The translations under genes were made by a program, and so were the position numbers. Below the pieces are notes generated by a model. That model was not told the origin of the DNA. It saw nothing but the letters and a program-made list of their open reading frames with translations, and searched no databases. From an uncultured delta proteobacterium (GTDB lineage: Bacteria; Myxococcota_A; Polyangia; Palsa-1104), in NCBI GenBank assembly GCA_963785725.1, contig CAWAWS010000019.1, positions 132,323 through 196,322 on the forward strand: a stretch of 64,000 bases of DNA, read 5' to 3'. Shown one piece after another: positions 1 through 9,571 of the stretch (its first letter is position 1; each line of letters starts with the position of its first letter).

Positions 1-678
1 AAAGTCGAGGCCGTGCGTCGCATCGGCAAATATTGGCTGATCGATCTGTCGAACCAGCACGTGCTGCTCGGCCATCTCGGCATGAGCGGTCGCCTCCTGT
101 TCGCGCCCGCCGCCGAGCCGCGCGCGCCGCACACGCACGTCGTCTTCACGCTGGGCCGGAAGGTCGAGCTGCGCTACGTCGACCCGCGCCGCTTCGGCGT
201 CCTGCGCTCGTACGCGCAAGCCGACGCCGCCAAGTCGCCGGAGCTGTCGGTGCTCGGCGTCGATCCGCTCGAGCCCGAGTTCACGATCGACTATTTGGCG
301 GCGGCGCTGAAGCCCTCGAAGCGCGACTTGAAGGCGTTCCTGATGGATCAGTCGACGGTCGCCGGGCTCGGCAACATCTACGTCTGCGAGGCGCTGCATC
401 GCGCCGAGTTGTCGCCGACGCGGCGCGCGCACACGGTCAACGCGGCGCGCGCGGCCAAGCTGCATGCGTCGATCGTCACCGTGCTCGCCGACAGCATCGC
501 CAATCGCGGCACCAGCTTCAGCGACTACGTCGACGCCGAGGGCGCGTCGGGCGGCAACCAGCACGCGCTCGCCGTCTACGGCCGCGAGGGCGGCAAGTGC
601 CCGCGTTGCGGCGCGCCCGTCAAACGCCTCGTGCAAGCGGGTCGTTCCACGTTTTTCTGCAAGCGCTGCCAAAAGTAG
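1..678 (+). CDS. mutM: Formamidopyrimidine-DNA glycosylase (Fpg/MutM), 5' end outside the window
   Basis: HLGMSG, YVDPRRFG, H2TH motif LMDQSTVAGLGNIY, C-terminal zinc finger CPRC...RSTFFCKRCQ. Confidence 0.95.
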   Translation, partial: KVEAVRRIGKYWLIDLSNQHVLLGHLGMSGRLLFAPAAEPRAPHTHVVFTLGRKVELRYVDPRRFGVLRSYAQADAAKSPELSVLGVDPLEPEFTIDYLAAALKPSKRDLKAFLMDQSTVAGLGNIYVCEALHRAELSPTRRAHTVNAARAAKLHASIVTVLADSIANRGTSFSDYVDAEGASGGNQHALAVYGREGGKCPRCGAPVKRLVQAGRSTFFCKRCQK

Positions 679-728
679 GCGCGAATCGCCCATAAACGGT
701 AGATCGAAGCGGTGTGCGGTGCGTTCGA

Positions 729-757
729 TTGAATCGTGCCCTCGCTTCAGCTACGAT
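729..757 (+). promoter_or_regulatory. Putative sigma70-type promoter of the ECF sigma gene
   Basis: TTGAAT-17 nt-TACGAT, followed by GAGGGGAG RBS and GTG at 790. Confidence 0.45.
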
Positions 758-789
758 CGTTGAACGTCTGGCGACGCCGAGGGGAGCTG

Positions 790-1389
790 GTGCGGGACGA
801 CGCGGACGAGTCGCTGATGCTGCGTTATCGCGACGGCGACGTCCGCGCCTTCGAGCTGTTGGTGACGCGCCATCGTAAGCCGCTCTACAACTTCATCCTG
901 CGCTTCGTGCGCGACTCGGCGCAGGCCGAAGATGTCACGCAAGAGACGTTCCTGCGTCTGGTGAAGGGCGCCGATGCCTACGAGCGGCAGGCCAAGTTCA
1001 CCACCTGGCTGTACACGATCGCGCGCAACTTGTGTGTCGACGCGTCGCGCCGCGCCAAGCACCGCAAGGCGGCGTCGCTCGATGCGCCCGTCGGTGACGA
1101 CGACGGCTCGGCGGCGCTCATCGACTTCGTGCCCGACTCGGGCGCCGGCGTCGATCGGCAGGCGCAGAGCCGCGAGCTGGCGATTCGCATGCGCACGGCG
1201 ATCGAAGCGTTGCCCGACGAGCAGCGCGAGATATTCTTGTTACGTGAAGTGGCCGACCTGCAGTTCAACGAGATCGCGGCGGTGGTCGGCTGCCCGGAAA
1301 ACACGGTGAAGAGCCGGATGCGCTATGCCCTCGAGAAGCTGCGTGAAGCGCTCGAGGAATATCGAGATCTGGCGAGAGCTGTACAGTGA
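790..1389 (+). CDS. ECF-family RNA polymerase sigma factor
   Basis: Region 2 AEDVTQETFLRL...KFTTWLYTIARN; region 4 LPDEQREIFLL...EIAAVVGCPENTVKSRMRYA. Confidence 0.93.
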   Translation: MRDDADESLMLRYRDGDVRAFELLVTRHRKPLYNFILRFVRDSAQAEDVTQETFLRLVKGADAYERQAKFTTWLYTIARNLCVDASRRAKHRKAASLDAPVGDDDGSAALIDFVPDSGAGVDRQAQSRELAIRMRTAIEALPDEQREIFLLREVADLQFNEIAAVVGCPENTVKSRMRYALEKLREALEEYRDLARAVQ

Positions 1390-2939
1390 GCGAAGCGACT
1401 TCACAGACGGCGGCGTGCGAGCAGCTGCTCGACTACGTCTACGACATGCTCGACGGGCCGCAAAAGGCCGCGTTCGAGCAGCATCTGGCGACGTGCGCGC
1501 GTTGTCAGGCGGAGGCGGCGTCGTTCGGCAAGGTGCGACAGGCGACGGCGAAGCTCATGCCCGACGTCGAGCCGACCGCGAATTTGACGGGCGCGCTGCA
1601 CGCGCAGCTGATGCATGCGGCCGCGCAGCGCAAGCCGAGCCGCGGCAAGCTGCTGGCGTTCCCGCGCAAGATCGTGCAGCACCCGGCGTGGGCGGCGGCG
1701 GCGATGTTCGTCATCGTCGGCGGCGCCATCACGATCAACGCGCTCCGCGGCAACTTCGCGATGCCGACCACGAGCAGCTCGACGGCCGTAGAGACGGTGT
1801 CGGCTCCAGTCCCCGCGAGCCCGCCGCTGGCGCAGCCGGTCGCCGCCAGTGATGACGCCGTCGCGTCCAAGACGGCGAAAGCGGAGGCGCCGTATGGCGG
1901 CGCGATCGCAGACAAGTTGGAAGCCAAGAAGAGCGCGCCCCCGTCGGCCAAGCATCGTAAAGCGGGGCCGAGCGACGAGGGTGAAGCGCTGGGCGGAGTC
2001 GGCGGGCTGGCGGTGAAGAACGCGACGTCGGGTGGCGGCGGCGCGGCGGTGGCCAAGCCGAGCCTGCGCGCGGGCAAGCAAGCTGCGCTGGACTCCGATG
2101 ACATGAAGTTGATCCAAGACGGCAGCCTCGTGGGCGGGCGGGCGAAGGACGCGCCGGCCAAGCCGGCGGCGACGAGCGTGGCGCGGCTGTCCAAGGAAGA
2201 GGAGCACGCGCTCGATCAGGCCGCGGCGCCGGCACCGTCGGCGACGAACGAGCCCGAGCGCGAACGCGCGGTGACGGCGGCGCCCGCCTCGGCCGCGCCA
2301 CCGCCGCCTTCGGCGCCGGCACCGTCGGAGAGCGTGGCGCAGTCGAGCACGCCGTCGGCTTACGGCTACAAAGGCTATCGCGCGCAGCCGCCGCAGCCGG
2401 CGAGCGTGATGCCGCAGACCGCGGCGCAGGCGCCGCCGATGGCGATGGTGCAATCGAGCGCGCCGCCGCCGCAAGCCAGCGCGCCGGCGCGGGCCCAGCA
2501 GCAACAGCGGAGCCGCGGTTACACCAGCGCGCTGTCGGCGCCGGCCGCGACCGCTCCGCAGCCGCAGGTCGAGGATTTACACCAGCGCGCCGACGATCTG
2601 GTGCGCGCCAATCGCTGCGACGACGCGGTCAAGGTGTACGCCGAGCTCGATCGCCGGTCGCAGCGGATGTCGCCGAAGGAGCGGGCGAACTACGTGCGCT
2701 GCTTGACGGCGACGGGACGGCAGCAGGCGGCCGAGCAGCAGCTCGACGAGCTCAAGGCGGATAAGAGCGTCACCAACGGGCTCGTGCAGCAGGCGGAAGG
2801 CGACGTGCAGACGGGGCGACGCAGCGAGAAGCCGAAGTCGGCTAAGAAGTCGGTGCCGAACGCCGATCGCGCGCTGTCGCCGCCTTCCGACGTGGCGCAG
2901 CCGACGCCGGTGCAGGCCGTGACGCCGGCGAAGAAGTAG
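1386..2939 (+). CDS. Anti-sigma factor (zf-HC2/ZAS) with a TM helix, a long Ala/Pro-rich linker and a C-terminal TPR-like domain
   Basis: HLATCARC motif, hydrophobic segment WAAAAMFVIVGGAITI, GTGA overlap with the ECF gene. Confidence 0.85.
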   Translation: MSEATSQTAACEQLLDYVYDMLDGPQKAAFEQHLATCARCQAEAASFGKVRQATAKLMPDVEPTANLTGALHAQLMHAAAQRKPSRGKLLAFPRKIVQHPAWAAAAMFVIVGGAITINALRGNFAMPTTSSSTAVETVSAPVPASPPLAQPVAASDDAVASKTAKAEAPYGGAIADKLEAKKSAPPSAKHRKAGPSDEGEALGGVGGLAVKNATSGGGGAAVAKPSLRAGKQAALDSDDMKLIQDGSLVGGRAKDAPAKPAATSVARLSKEEEHALDQAAAPAPSATNEPERERAVTAAPASAAPPPPSAPAPSESVAQSSTPSAYGYKGYRAQPPQPASVMPQTAAQAPPMAMVQSSAPPPQASAPARAQQQQRSRGYTSALSAPAATAPQPQVEDLHQRADDLVRANRCDDAVKVYAELDRRSQRMSPKERANYVRCLTATGRQQAAEQQLDELKADKSVTNGLVQQAEGDVQTGRRSEKPKSAKKSVPNADRALSPPSDVAQPTPVQAVTPAKK

Positions 2940-3666
2940 CCGGCAGATCGAAGAGACCGAGCTGGCGGCGATCGTCGGGCACGTCGTGCCACGGATCGAA
3001 CGCGTCACCCAGCAGATCGCGCGCGAAATCCCACGGCCACGAGCGGCGCGCCTCCGGCGGCAGCGCGCCGTGCCGCTCGATGTAGGCGCGCAGGAACGCC
3101 TTCGTCGGCGCGTTGCAGTAACCGCCGCCGCCACCGACGACCTCCTCGCCGAAGTCGGGCGCGTAGCGACGGCAGATCTTGGCCCACAGCTGATCGCGGC
3201 GGACTTTGGCGACGATCGAGGCGGCCGCGACCGACGCGTGCTCGAGCTCGCCGCCGTCGAGCGCCTCCAAGTGCGGCCAGCGCGCTTGCAGCGGACGAAA
3301 CAGCCGCTCGCCGTCGCACACGATGCGTCGCGCCGGCGGTGCCCGCTCGATCAGCTGCGCCGCGCGCTCCTGCTCGAGCCGGTTGAGCCCGTTGTCGCGG
3401 CAGCGGCGATCGATCTCGGCCACGTCGACGACGGCGACCGCGACGTAATCGGCCGCCTCCAAGATGCGCGCGATGAACGCCAGCCGCGCCTCGTGCGCGC
3501 GCTCGCCCGAGAACGCCTTCGAGTCGGTGACGCCGGCGCGCGTCAGACCGGCGGCTTTGCGCGGGCGCAACGCGACGCAGGCCATGACCATCGGGCCCAA
3601 AATCGGGCCGCGACCGGCCTCGTCGACACCGAGGACCAGCTCGTCGTGAATGAAGGGCGCGGTCAC
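2842..3666 (-). CDS. rnhB: Ribonuclease HII (archaeal/eukaryote-like sequence type)
   Basis: GVDEAGRGPILGPMV, DSK and VAAASIVAKVRRD motifs; GTG start overlaps the stop of the upstream gene. Confidence 0.9.
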   Translation of the reverse strand: MTAPFIHDELVLGVDEAGRGPILGPMVMACVALRPRKAAGLTRAGVTDSKAFSGERAHEARLAFIARILEAADYVAVAVVDVAEIDRRCRDNGLNRLEQERAAQLIERAPPARRIVCDGERLFRPLQARWPHLEALDGGELEHASVAAASIVAKVRRDQLWAKICRRYAPDFGEEVVGGGGGYCNAPTKAFLRAYIERHGALPPEARRSWPWDFARDLLGDAFDPWHDVPDDRRQLGLFDLPATSSPASRPAPASAAPRRKAATARDRRSAPTS

Positions 3667-6566
3667 GTCAGCGAATCTAGCGCGTTCGTCAGCTGTTCGA
3701 CAGGGGCCATGACGCGCTCCTCGATCTCCAGCCGATCGATCTCCACGGCCACGCGCAAACGGGTCAAACGCGCCAGCAAGCTGCCGTAAAAACGCTCGGC
3801 CCAGGCACGCAGCGGCGCGCGCAGCTCGGTCTCGGCCACGTCGTCGCTCCACGGCGCGTCGCGCTCGAGGGCGCGCCGAATGGCCGCTTCCGACAGGTCG
3901 AGCTTGGGCAGGATGCGCGTGAAGAAGTCGTCGACGCGGCCGCCGCGCAGCCAACCGCGCGCAAAGGCGCGAAAGCGACCGAAGACCTGCTCGCCGAGCA
4001 AGGACAGCTCGGCGTCGAAGCGCGCCTCGCCGCCGGCTTGCACGACCAGCGGCCGCACGAGCGCGATGGCGCGTTCGGCCTCGGCCTCGGCGCGCACGCG
4101 GGCATCGGCGAGCAGCGCGCCCAGCCGCTCGTCGAGCAGCTGAATCAGAAAGTCGCGATCGGCCGGCGCCGCCTCGTTCGAGCCGAACGGCCAGCGCCGC
4201 GGCCGCACGAAGTCGAGCACCTCGCGCGCACAGGCCGCGTACACCGCGTCGGCGGCGTCGTTCAGCCGGCGCCGCTCGTGCACGATGAACTCGCGCGTGA
4301 ACTTCAGCTGCTCGGCGCGAACGGCGCTCTCCGCCTCCGCGATCGGCTCGAGCGTGCGGCGGTCGAGCTCGGCCTGACCGCGGCCGCGCGCCTCGCCGAG
4401 CAGCTGCCGCAACCGCGCCGTCGCCGCCTCGCGCTTGATGGCGCGCGCTCGCGAGAAAAAGCGCGCCTCCAGCGCCTCGGCCAGCGCCGGATAATTCGAC
4501 GCCGCCAGCTGCTCGGCGTCGCCCGACTTGCGCGCCTGCAGCGCCTCGCGCCCGGCGAACGGCACGACCGTCTCCAAGTTGTCGCCCAGCGCCGCTTGCA
4601 CGTGCGCGATGATCTGGCGCAGCTCGTCGGGCGTGCAGCGATCGATCTTGTTCAGCACGCCCAAGATCTTCTTGCCCGCCGCTTTGATCCGCGTCAGCGC
4701 TTCGCCTTCGGTCGCCTTCGCCGCTTGATCGACCGTGAACAGCCACAAGACCGCGTCGGCTTCGGCGATGAACTTGCGCGCCGTCTCCTCGTGCTCGGGA
4801 TGAATCGAGTTCAAGCCCGGCGTATCGACGACGTTGACGCGCTGAAGCACCTCCAGCGGATACAGCACTTCGACGACGCGGATCTTCTTCGCCTCGACGG
4901 CATCGAGCTTCTTGAGCCACTTCGGCACGTCGGCCCAGGCCAGCTCGCGCGTCGAGTCGTCGAGCTGCACGATGCGCCCTTTGCGCTCGCTGCCGTACTT
5001 GAGCACGTTGATCGTCGCCGTCGTCGGGGTGATGCCCATGGGCGCGATCTCTTCGCCGATGAGCGCGTTCACGAACGTCGACTTGCCCGAGTTGAACTCG
5101 CCCATCACCGTCACCAACAGCGGGCGATCGAGCACCTCGACGAGCCGACCGGCTTCCGGCGACAGCTCGGCCAGCTCCCGCGTGCGCGCGAACAGCCGAT
5201 GCGCCTGCACCAACAGCGGATAGAGCTCGTTCGAGGTCGGCGACGGTGGCGTGGCCGACGACGGATCGCGGTAGACGTCGGCGAGCCGCGCGCGTGGCCG
5301 CGGATCGGCGGGCGCGATCTGCGCCGCGCGGCGCAGCGACGTCGCCGCCAGCGCCGGCTGACCGCGCAAGAGCGCCACCTCGGCCGCCGCCAAGCGCGCC
5401 TCGAGCCCGTCGGAGATCGCCAGCGCGCGATCGACGAGCGACTGCGCGCGATCGAGCTCGCCCGTCGCCGCCGTCGCCAACGCCGAAGCCGCCAGCGCGT
5501 CGGGATGGTCGGGATTGTCGGCCAACAGCGCGGCCGCGTAGCTGCTCGCGCGTGCCGTCGCGCCCGCGCGCAAGGCCGTCAGCAGCGCCTCCTCGATGAG
5601 CCCGCGCCGATCGAACAGGAGCAGCGGCGTGCGCGGCGTGACGCCGGCGGAGGCGCCGACGAGCGCGCGATCGTACGCCGCCAGCGCGTCGTCCCACTGC
5701 GCGGCGCCGGCGTAGACGCGCGCCAACATCGTCAAGACGTCGGGGCGCGCCGGATCGCGCTCCAGCGCGCGCATGGCTTGGTCGCGCGCGGCCTCGGGGT
5801 CGCCGCTCGCCAACGCCAAGCGCGCCAGGCCCAAGCGCGCCGAGATCTGCACTTCGTCGTCGCTCGTCGGCGACGACAAGGCGCGCTGATAGGCATCGCG
5901 CGCGTCGTTCAGTCGCTGCAGCCGCTCGAACAGATCGCCGAGCGACGCCAAGCCCAGCGGATCCGGCCGCGCCGCCTGTGCCGCGCGCTCCAAGCAGACG
6001 CGCGCCGTGTCGTAGTCGCCGCGCAAATAGAGCGCGCGGCCGAGCAAGCCTTGCGTCTCGGCGTCGTCGGGCGTGGCCGCGACCGCCTTGCGCAGCTCGC
6101 GTACGGCTTTGTCGTAGCGGCGCTGACGCAAATAGACGCTGCCCATACCGCGGTAGATTTCGGCGCGCATGGCGGACTCGCCCACGCCGGAGTCGAGCGC
6201 CGCGCGATAGGCGTCGATGGCCGCGTCGTCGTCGCCGCGGCGGCGCTGCACGTCGGCGAGCGCCAGCCACGCCTCGGGAAAGCCGGGCCGATCGCCGCCC
6301 ACGCGTCGCGCCGTCGCCGCATGCTCGAGCGCGGCCACCGCGTCGTCGTGATCGCCGCGCCGCGCATAGGCCACGCCGAGCAGATAGGACGCGCGCGGAT
6401 GATCGGGCCGCAGCTCGACGGCGCGTCCGAGCTCGCTCACGGCGGAATCCAAATCGCCCCGATCCAAGTACGCCGCGCCCAATTCGACATGGGCGCGAAC
6501 GTCGTCGGGGACGATTAGGTCGCCGAGCTGCTCGGCGATTCGGTCGATTCGGTCGAAGATGCCCAC
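3663..6566 (-). CDS. TPR-repeat protein fused to a dynamin-like GTPase
   Basis: N-terminal TPR array, then P-loop GEFNSGKST, PTT, DTPG and NKID motifs and a helical C-terminus. Confidence 0.88.
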   Translation of the reverse strand: MGIFDRIDRIAEQLGDLIVPDDVRAHVELGAAYLDRGDLDSAVSELGRAVELRPDHPRASYLLGVAYARRGDHDDAVAALEHAATARRVGGDRPGFPEAWLALADVQRRRGDDDAAIDAYRAALDSGVGESAMRAEIYRGMGSVYLRQRRYDKAVRELRKAVAATPDDAETQGLLGRALYLRGDYDTARVCLERAAQAARPDPLGLASLGDLFERLQRLNDARDAYQRALSSPTSDDEVQISARLGLARLALASGDPEAARDQAMRALERDPARPDVLTMLARVYAGAAQWDDALAAYDRALVGASAGVTPRTPLLLFDRRGLIEEALLTALRAGATARASSYAAALLADNPDHPDALAASALATAATGELDRAQSLVDRALAISDGLEARLAAAEVALLRGQPALAATSLRRAAQIAPADPRPRARLADVYRDPSSATPPSPTSNELYPLLVQAHRLFARTRELAELSPEAGRLVEVLDRPLLVTVMGEFNSGKSTFVNALIGEEIAPMGITPTTATINVLKYGSERKGRIVQLDDSTRELAWADVPKWLKKLDAVEAKKIRVVEVLYPLEVLQRVNVVDTPGLNSIHPEHEETARKFIAEADAVLWLFTVDQAAKATEGEALTRIKAAGKKILGVLNKIDRCTPDELRQIIAHVQAALGDNLETVVPFAGREALQARKSGDAEQLAASNYPALAEALEARFFSRARAIKREAATARLRQLLGEARGRGQAELDRRTLEPIAEAESAVRAEQLKFTREFIVHERRRLNDAADAVYAACAREVLDFVRPRRWPFGSNEAAPADRDFLIQLLDERLGALLADARVRAEAEAERAIALVRPLVVQAGGEARFDAELSLLGEQVFGRFRAFARGWLRGGRVDDFFTRILPKLDLSEAAIRRALERDAPWSDDVAETELRAPLRAWAERFYGSLLARLTRLRVAVEIDRLEIEERVMAPVEQLTNALDSLT

Positions 6567-8317
6567 AGTTGGTCGCGTAGCGCGGTCAAGCGCGCTTCGA
6601 TCAAGGTCAGCCGCGCGGTCTGCGCCGCCAATTCCGACTCACGCACGCTCACGTCGACGCCTTGCGCGCGCCGCTCCGACAGCGCGCGGTCGAGGACCTC
6701 GGAAATGCCGCGATGAAGCGCGTCGCCGGCGGCCGTCACGAAGTCGCTCAGCCGCGCCGCGAAGTCTTCCACGATCTGCTGGAACCGCGGCGCCACCGCC
6801 TCCGCCGCCTTGTTGATGACCTCGGGCGCGCTCTTCTTCGCCTGCGACTTCAGCTCACCGGCGATGCGCTCTTTGAACACGACGGCCAAGATCGGCGCCG
6901 CCAGCGTCAACAGGCCGCCGACGAGCGTATTGACGAACAGGAAGATGCCCGTCCCCAAGGCGCCGAGCGCAAACACGCCGACGTTGTACTTGAGCGAGTC
7001 GACCTCGAGATCGATCTTCGTGTCGGCGGGACCGAGCTCGCGCGACAGCGTCGCCATCGTCGTCGCCACGTCTTCGTTGGTGACCGCGATGATCTCTTCG
7101 GCCAGCCGCTCCAGCTGCGCCGCGACTTTGTCGCCCTCTTGCTCGGCCCACAGCTTCCACGTGTCCTGAATGAACGGACCCAAGAAGCGCTTGATCTCCT
7201 CGCCGTCCGCGCGATCGATCTCCTGCGGCAGCCGCACGAGGAACTCTTTGACGAACTCCTCGAGATCGAGCCGCACGCCCGCTTCGATGGCGTCCGCTTC
7301 GGCGCGAATCTTGGCGTGATGCACCTTCAAGCGCGACTGCGCCGAGTGCAGCTGCGTGTGGACGCGCCCGATGCGCTCCTCGAGCTCCGTCAGCGCCAGC
7401 TGCAGCGAGCGCCGCTTGATGCCGAAGTTCGACGCCAAGTAGCCGCCGAGCCGCATGCCGTCGTTGATGGCGTTGTCGAGGAGCACGCGGCTGCGCTCGT
7501 CGGCGAGATAGCGGCCGAGATGACGCAGCAGCGGATCGAAGCCCGACATCGCGCGATCGGCCTCGTTGTGCGACAGCTGCCGCTTGGCCGACACCGGGAA
7601 GATGATCGGCTCCTCGACGATGCGCGCCAGATTCTCGCGGCAATAATCGAGCGCTTCCTGCCGCTCGTCCATCGTCAAAAGATCGATCTTGCCGAGCACG
7701 AAGATGAGCTTGTCCTTGGAGCGCCTAAGGATTCGCTGCTCGAGGAACGCGCGCTCCGATTGCTTGAGCACTTGCGCGCCGTCGAGCAAAAAGAGCACGG
7801 CGTCGGCGCGCGGAATGTAACCGTAGGTGATCTCGGCGCGCTGCTCGTTGATGTCGTTGACGCCCGGCGTGTCGACGAGCGTGACCTTGTCTTCCAAGAT
7901 CTCGGCCGGCCAGCCGACCTCGACGAACTTGACGTGCGACGCCTCTTTGCCTTCGATCGTCACCCACTCGCCGAGCTGACGCGGGTTGACCTCGCGCGTG
8001 GTCCCGTCGGTCAGATGCGCCATCGCCCGCGGCTGCACGGCCCACGTCAGATGGTTGATCGTCGCCGTCGTGGGCGTGATTCCGGCCGGCAAGATCGCCG
8101 CGCCGCACAAGGCGTTCACGAACGTCGACTTGCCGTGGTTGAACTCGCCGAGCACGACGAGCGCGAACCGCTCTTCGTCGAGCTTCGGGATGCGCGTGTT
8201 GTTCAGATCGTTCGCCAGCGACGACATGCCTACTTCGTCGGCCAGCGCCGAGATCTCACGCAGCGCGCGCAACAATTCCTGCTTGATGGCGGCGTGCTCG
8301 CCGGCGATCGCGGTCAT
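6515..8317 (-). CDS. Bacterial dynamin-like GTPase with a membrane paddle
   Basis: GEFNHGKST, PTT, DTPG and GKID motifs; hydrophobic hairpin VGVFALGALGTGIFLFVNTLVGGLLTLAAPILAVVF. Confidence 0.9.
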   Translation of the reverse strand: MTAIAGEHAAIKQELLRALREISALADEVGMSSLANDLNNTRIPKLDEERFALVVLGEFNHGKSTFVNALCGAAILPAGITPTTATINHLTWAVQPRAMAHLTDGTTREVNPRQLGEWVTIEGKEASHVKFVEVGWPAEILEDKVTLVDTPGVNDINEQRAEITYGYIPRADAVLFLLDGAQVLKQSERAFLEQRILRRSKDKLIFVLGKIDLLTMDERQEALDYCRENLARIVEEPIIFPVSAKRQLSHNEADRAMSGFDPLLRHLGRYLADERSRVLLDNAINDGMRLGGYLASNFGIKRRSLQLALTELEERIGRVHTQLHSAQSRLKVHHAKIRAEADAIEAGVRLDLEEFVKEFLVRLPQEIDRADGEEIKRFLGPFIQDTWKLWAEQEGDKVAAQLERLAEEIIAVTNEDVATTMATLSRELGPADTKIDLEVDSLKYNVGVFALGALGTGIFLFVNTLVGGLLTLAAPILAVVFKERIAGELKSQAKKSAPEVINKAAEAVAPRFQQIVEDFAARLSDFVTAAGDALHRGISEVLDRALSERRAQGVDVSVRESELAAQTARLTLIEARLTALRDQLWASSTESTESPSSSAT

Positions 8318-9123
8318 GCCCCTACTCCGTCGAGATCGTCGGGTTCGTCGCCTTTGCCCTTGAGAATATCGGCCACGCGCGCGTCGCACGCTTCGGGCGT
8401 GTTGCCGCCGGGCTGACCGATGATGGCGCGGTAATATTCGCTCTCGGCGAACGCGTGCAGCGCCGCGATGCGCTCGGGCGACGCGTGGGTCTTGGTCAGC
8501 GCCGACGTCGAGACATCGAGGTCGCGCGTGCACAAAAGGCCGGCACGATCGATCGTCACCACCGCGCGCCGCTGCCACGCTTGCAGCGCAGCTGTCGCCG
8601 GCGACACGATCCAGCGAACGTAGCGGGCCGCGAAGTGCTCCAAATAGTAGAGCGCCGTCGCCGGCAAGACATGCTGGTTTTGAATGCGTCCGAGCTGCCG
8701 TCCGACCGCGTCGACGAGCTCGGCGTCATTCAGATCTTCGACGAGCGCGCCCGACAAGACGAGATAGGCGTCATCCTCGGCACCCAACGTCTCGGCCGTC
8801 AGCGTGCGATCGGCCGCCGCGACATACGTCGTCGGCGCCGGCACGCGCAGCCGCTCGGCACACTTGGCCACCGCCGCGAACACGCGCGGCTCCTGCTTTT
8901 GCGTGACCTTGACCGCGCCCGCGAGTAATTCCGCGCGCGCCGCCGAGCGCCACAGCCGCTCGGTCGCCTCCAGCGCCAGCTTCACCGGCGCCAGTCGATC
9001 GAGCGCGCGCAACAGCCGCAGGTCGCCCGCATATGCGTACGCCGCGCCTTCGCGCGCCTGCGCTTGCAGCGCGCCGCGACGGCGTTCCACGTAGCGTTGA
9101 AAGTCGAAGTCGATCGTCGCCAT
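8314..9123 (-). CDS. M48 (HtpX/Ste24)-like protein lacking the HExxH motif
   Basis: M48-like pattern (PRVFAAVAKCAERL, L..AEL..VG[RQ]LG[R]I...H, W.R.A..T.DRAGLL, THASPERI) with RQLGR in place of HELGH. Confidence 0.7.
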   Translation of the reverse strand: MATIDFDFQRYVERRRGALQAQAREGAAYAYAGDLRLLRALDRLAPVKLALEATERLWRSAARAELLAGAVKVTQKQEPRVFAAVAKCAERLRVPAPTTYVAAADRTLTAETLGAEDDAYLVLSGALVEDLNDAELVDAVGRQLGRIQNQHVLPATALYYLEHFAARYVRWIVSPATAALQAWQRRAVVTIDRAGLLCTRDLDVSTSALTKTHASPERIAALHAFAESEYYRAIIGQPGGNTPEACDARVADILKGKGDEPDDLDGVGA

Positions 9124-9227
9124 GCCGTCGCGCGAGGTTAGCATGAACCCCACGAGCGGACGAATAGTCGCAACCGCATCTACCTCTTACGCGGCGGCCG
9201 GCGACGATCTTCTACACGGCGGATTCG

Positions 9228-9521
9228 TTATGGATTCGGCGGCGAGACCGTCTCGGTGTTGGGCGGCGGGGTGATCGGGCTCGATTCGTCGGAGCCCTGC
9301 TGCGCGCTGTTGCTGCCGCCGATGCCGTCCGGCCCCGTCGACGAGCCCTGCTGGTTGCCCATACCGCCGCCAATGGATGAGCCGCCGCCGTTGTTGTCGC
9401 TCGTGCCACCTTGCTGACTCATGGGCGTCGTCGTTTCGCCCGGCGTCTGCGTCGCGCCGTTGTTATGCGCGCACGCCACCAAGAGCCCGCCCGCCAACGC
9501 CATACCGATCAGCTTTTTCAT
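9228..9521 (-). CDS. Small low-complexity lipoprotein
   Basis: MKKLIGMALAGGLLVA-C lipobox, GGAGG RBS. Confidence 0.75.
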   Translation of the reverse strand: MKKLIGMALAGGLLVACAHNNGATQTPGETTTPMSQQGGTSDNNGGGSSIGGGMGNQQGSSTGPDGIGGSNSAQQGSDESSPITPPPNTETVSPPNP

Positions 9522-9554
9522 CTCGAAGCCTCCGTTGTTTGTCCGTGGATCAAA

Positions 9555-9570
9555 TGCAACGGAGGTGCCG
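9555..9570 (-). promoter_or_regulatory. Putative sigma54 (-24/-12) promoter
   Basis: Minus strand reads CGGCAC-CTCCG-TTGCA. Confidence 0.65.
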
Positions 9571-9571
9571 G

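Noticed and set aside
2842..6270. 1142-aa minus-strand ORF as a giant RNase HII fusion
   Set aside because: The upstream ~870 codons are an Arg/Ala-rich shadow frame of the TPR-dynamin gene; the real start is GTG 3666.
4038..8416. Long antisense ORFs (826 aa, 584 aa, and similar ones across the window)
   Set aside because: Expected stop-poor antisense frames in high-GC coding DNA; no recognisable domains.
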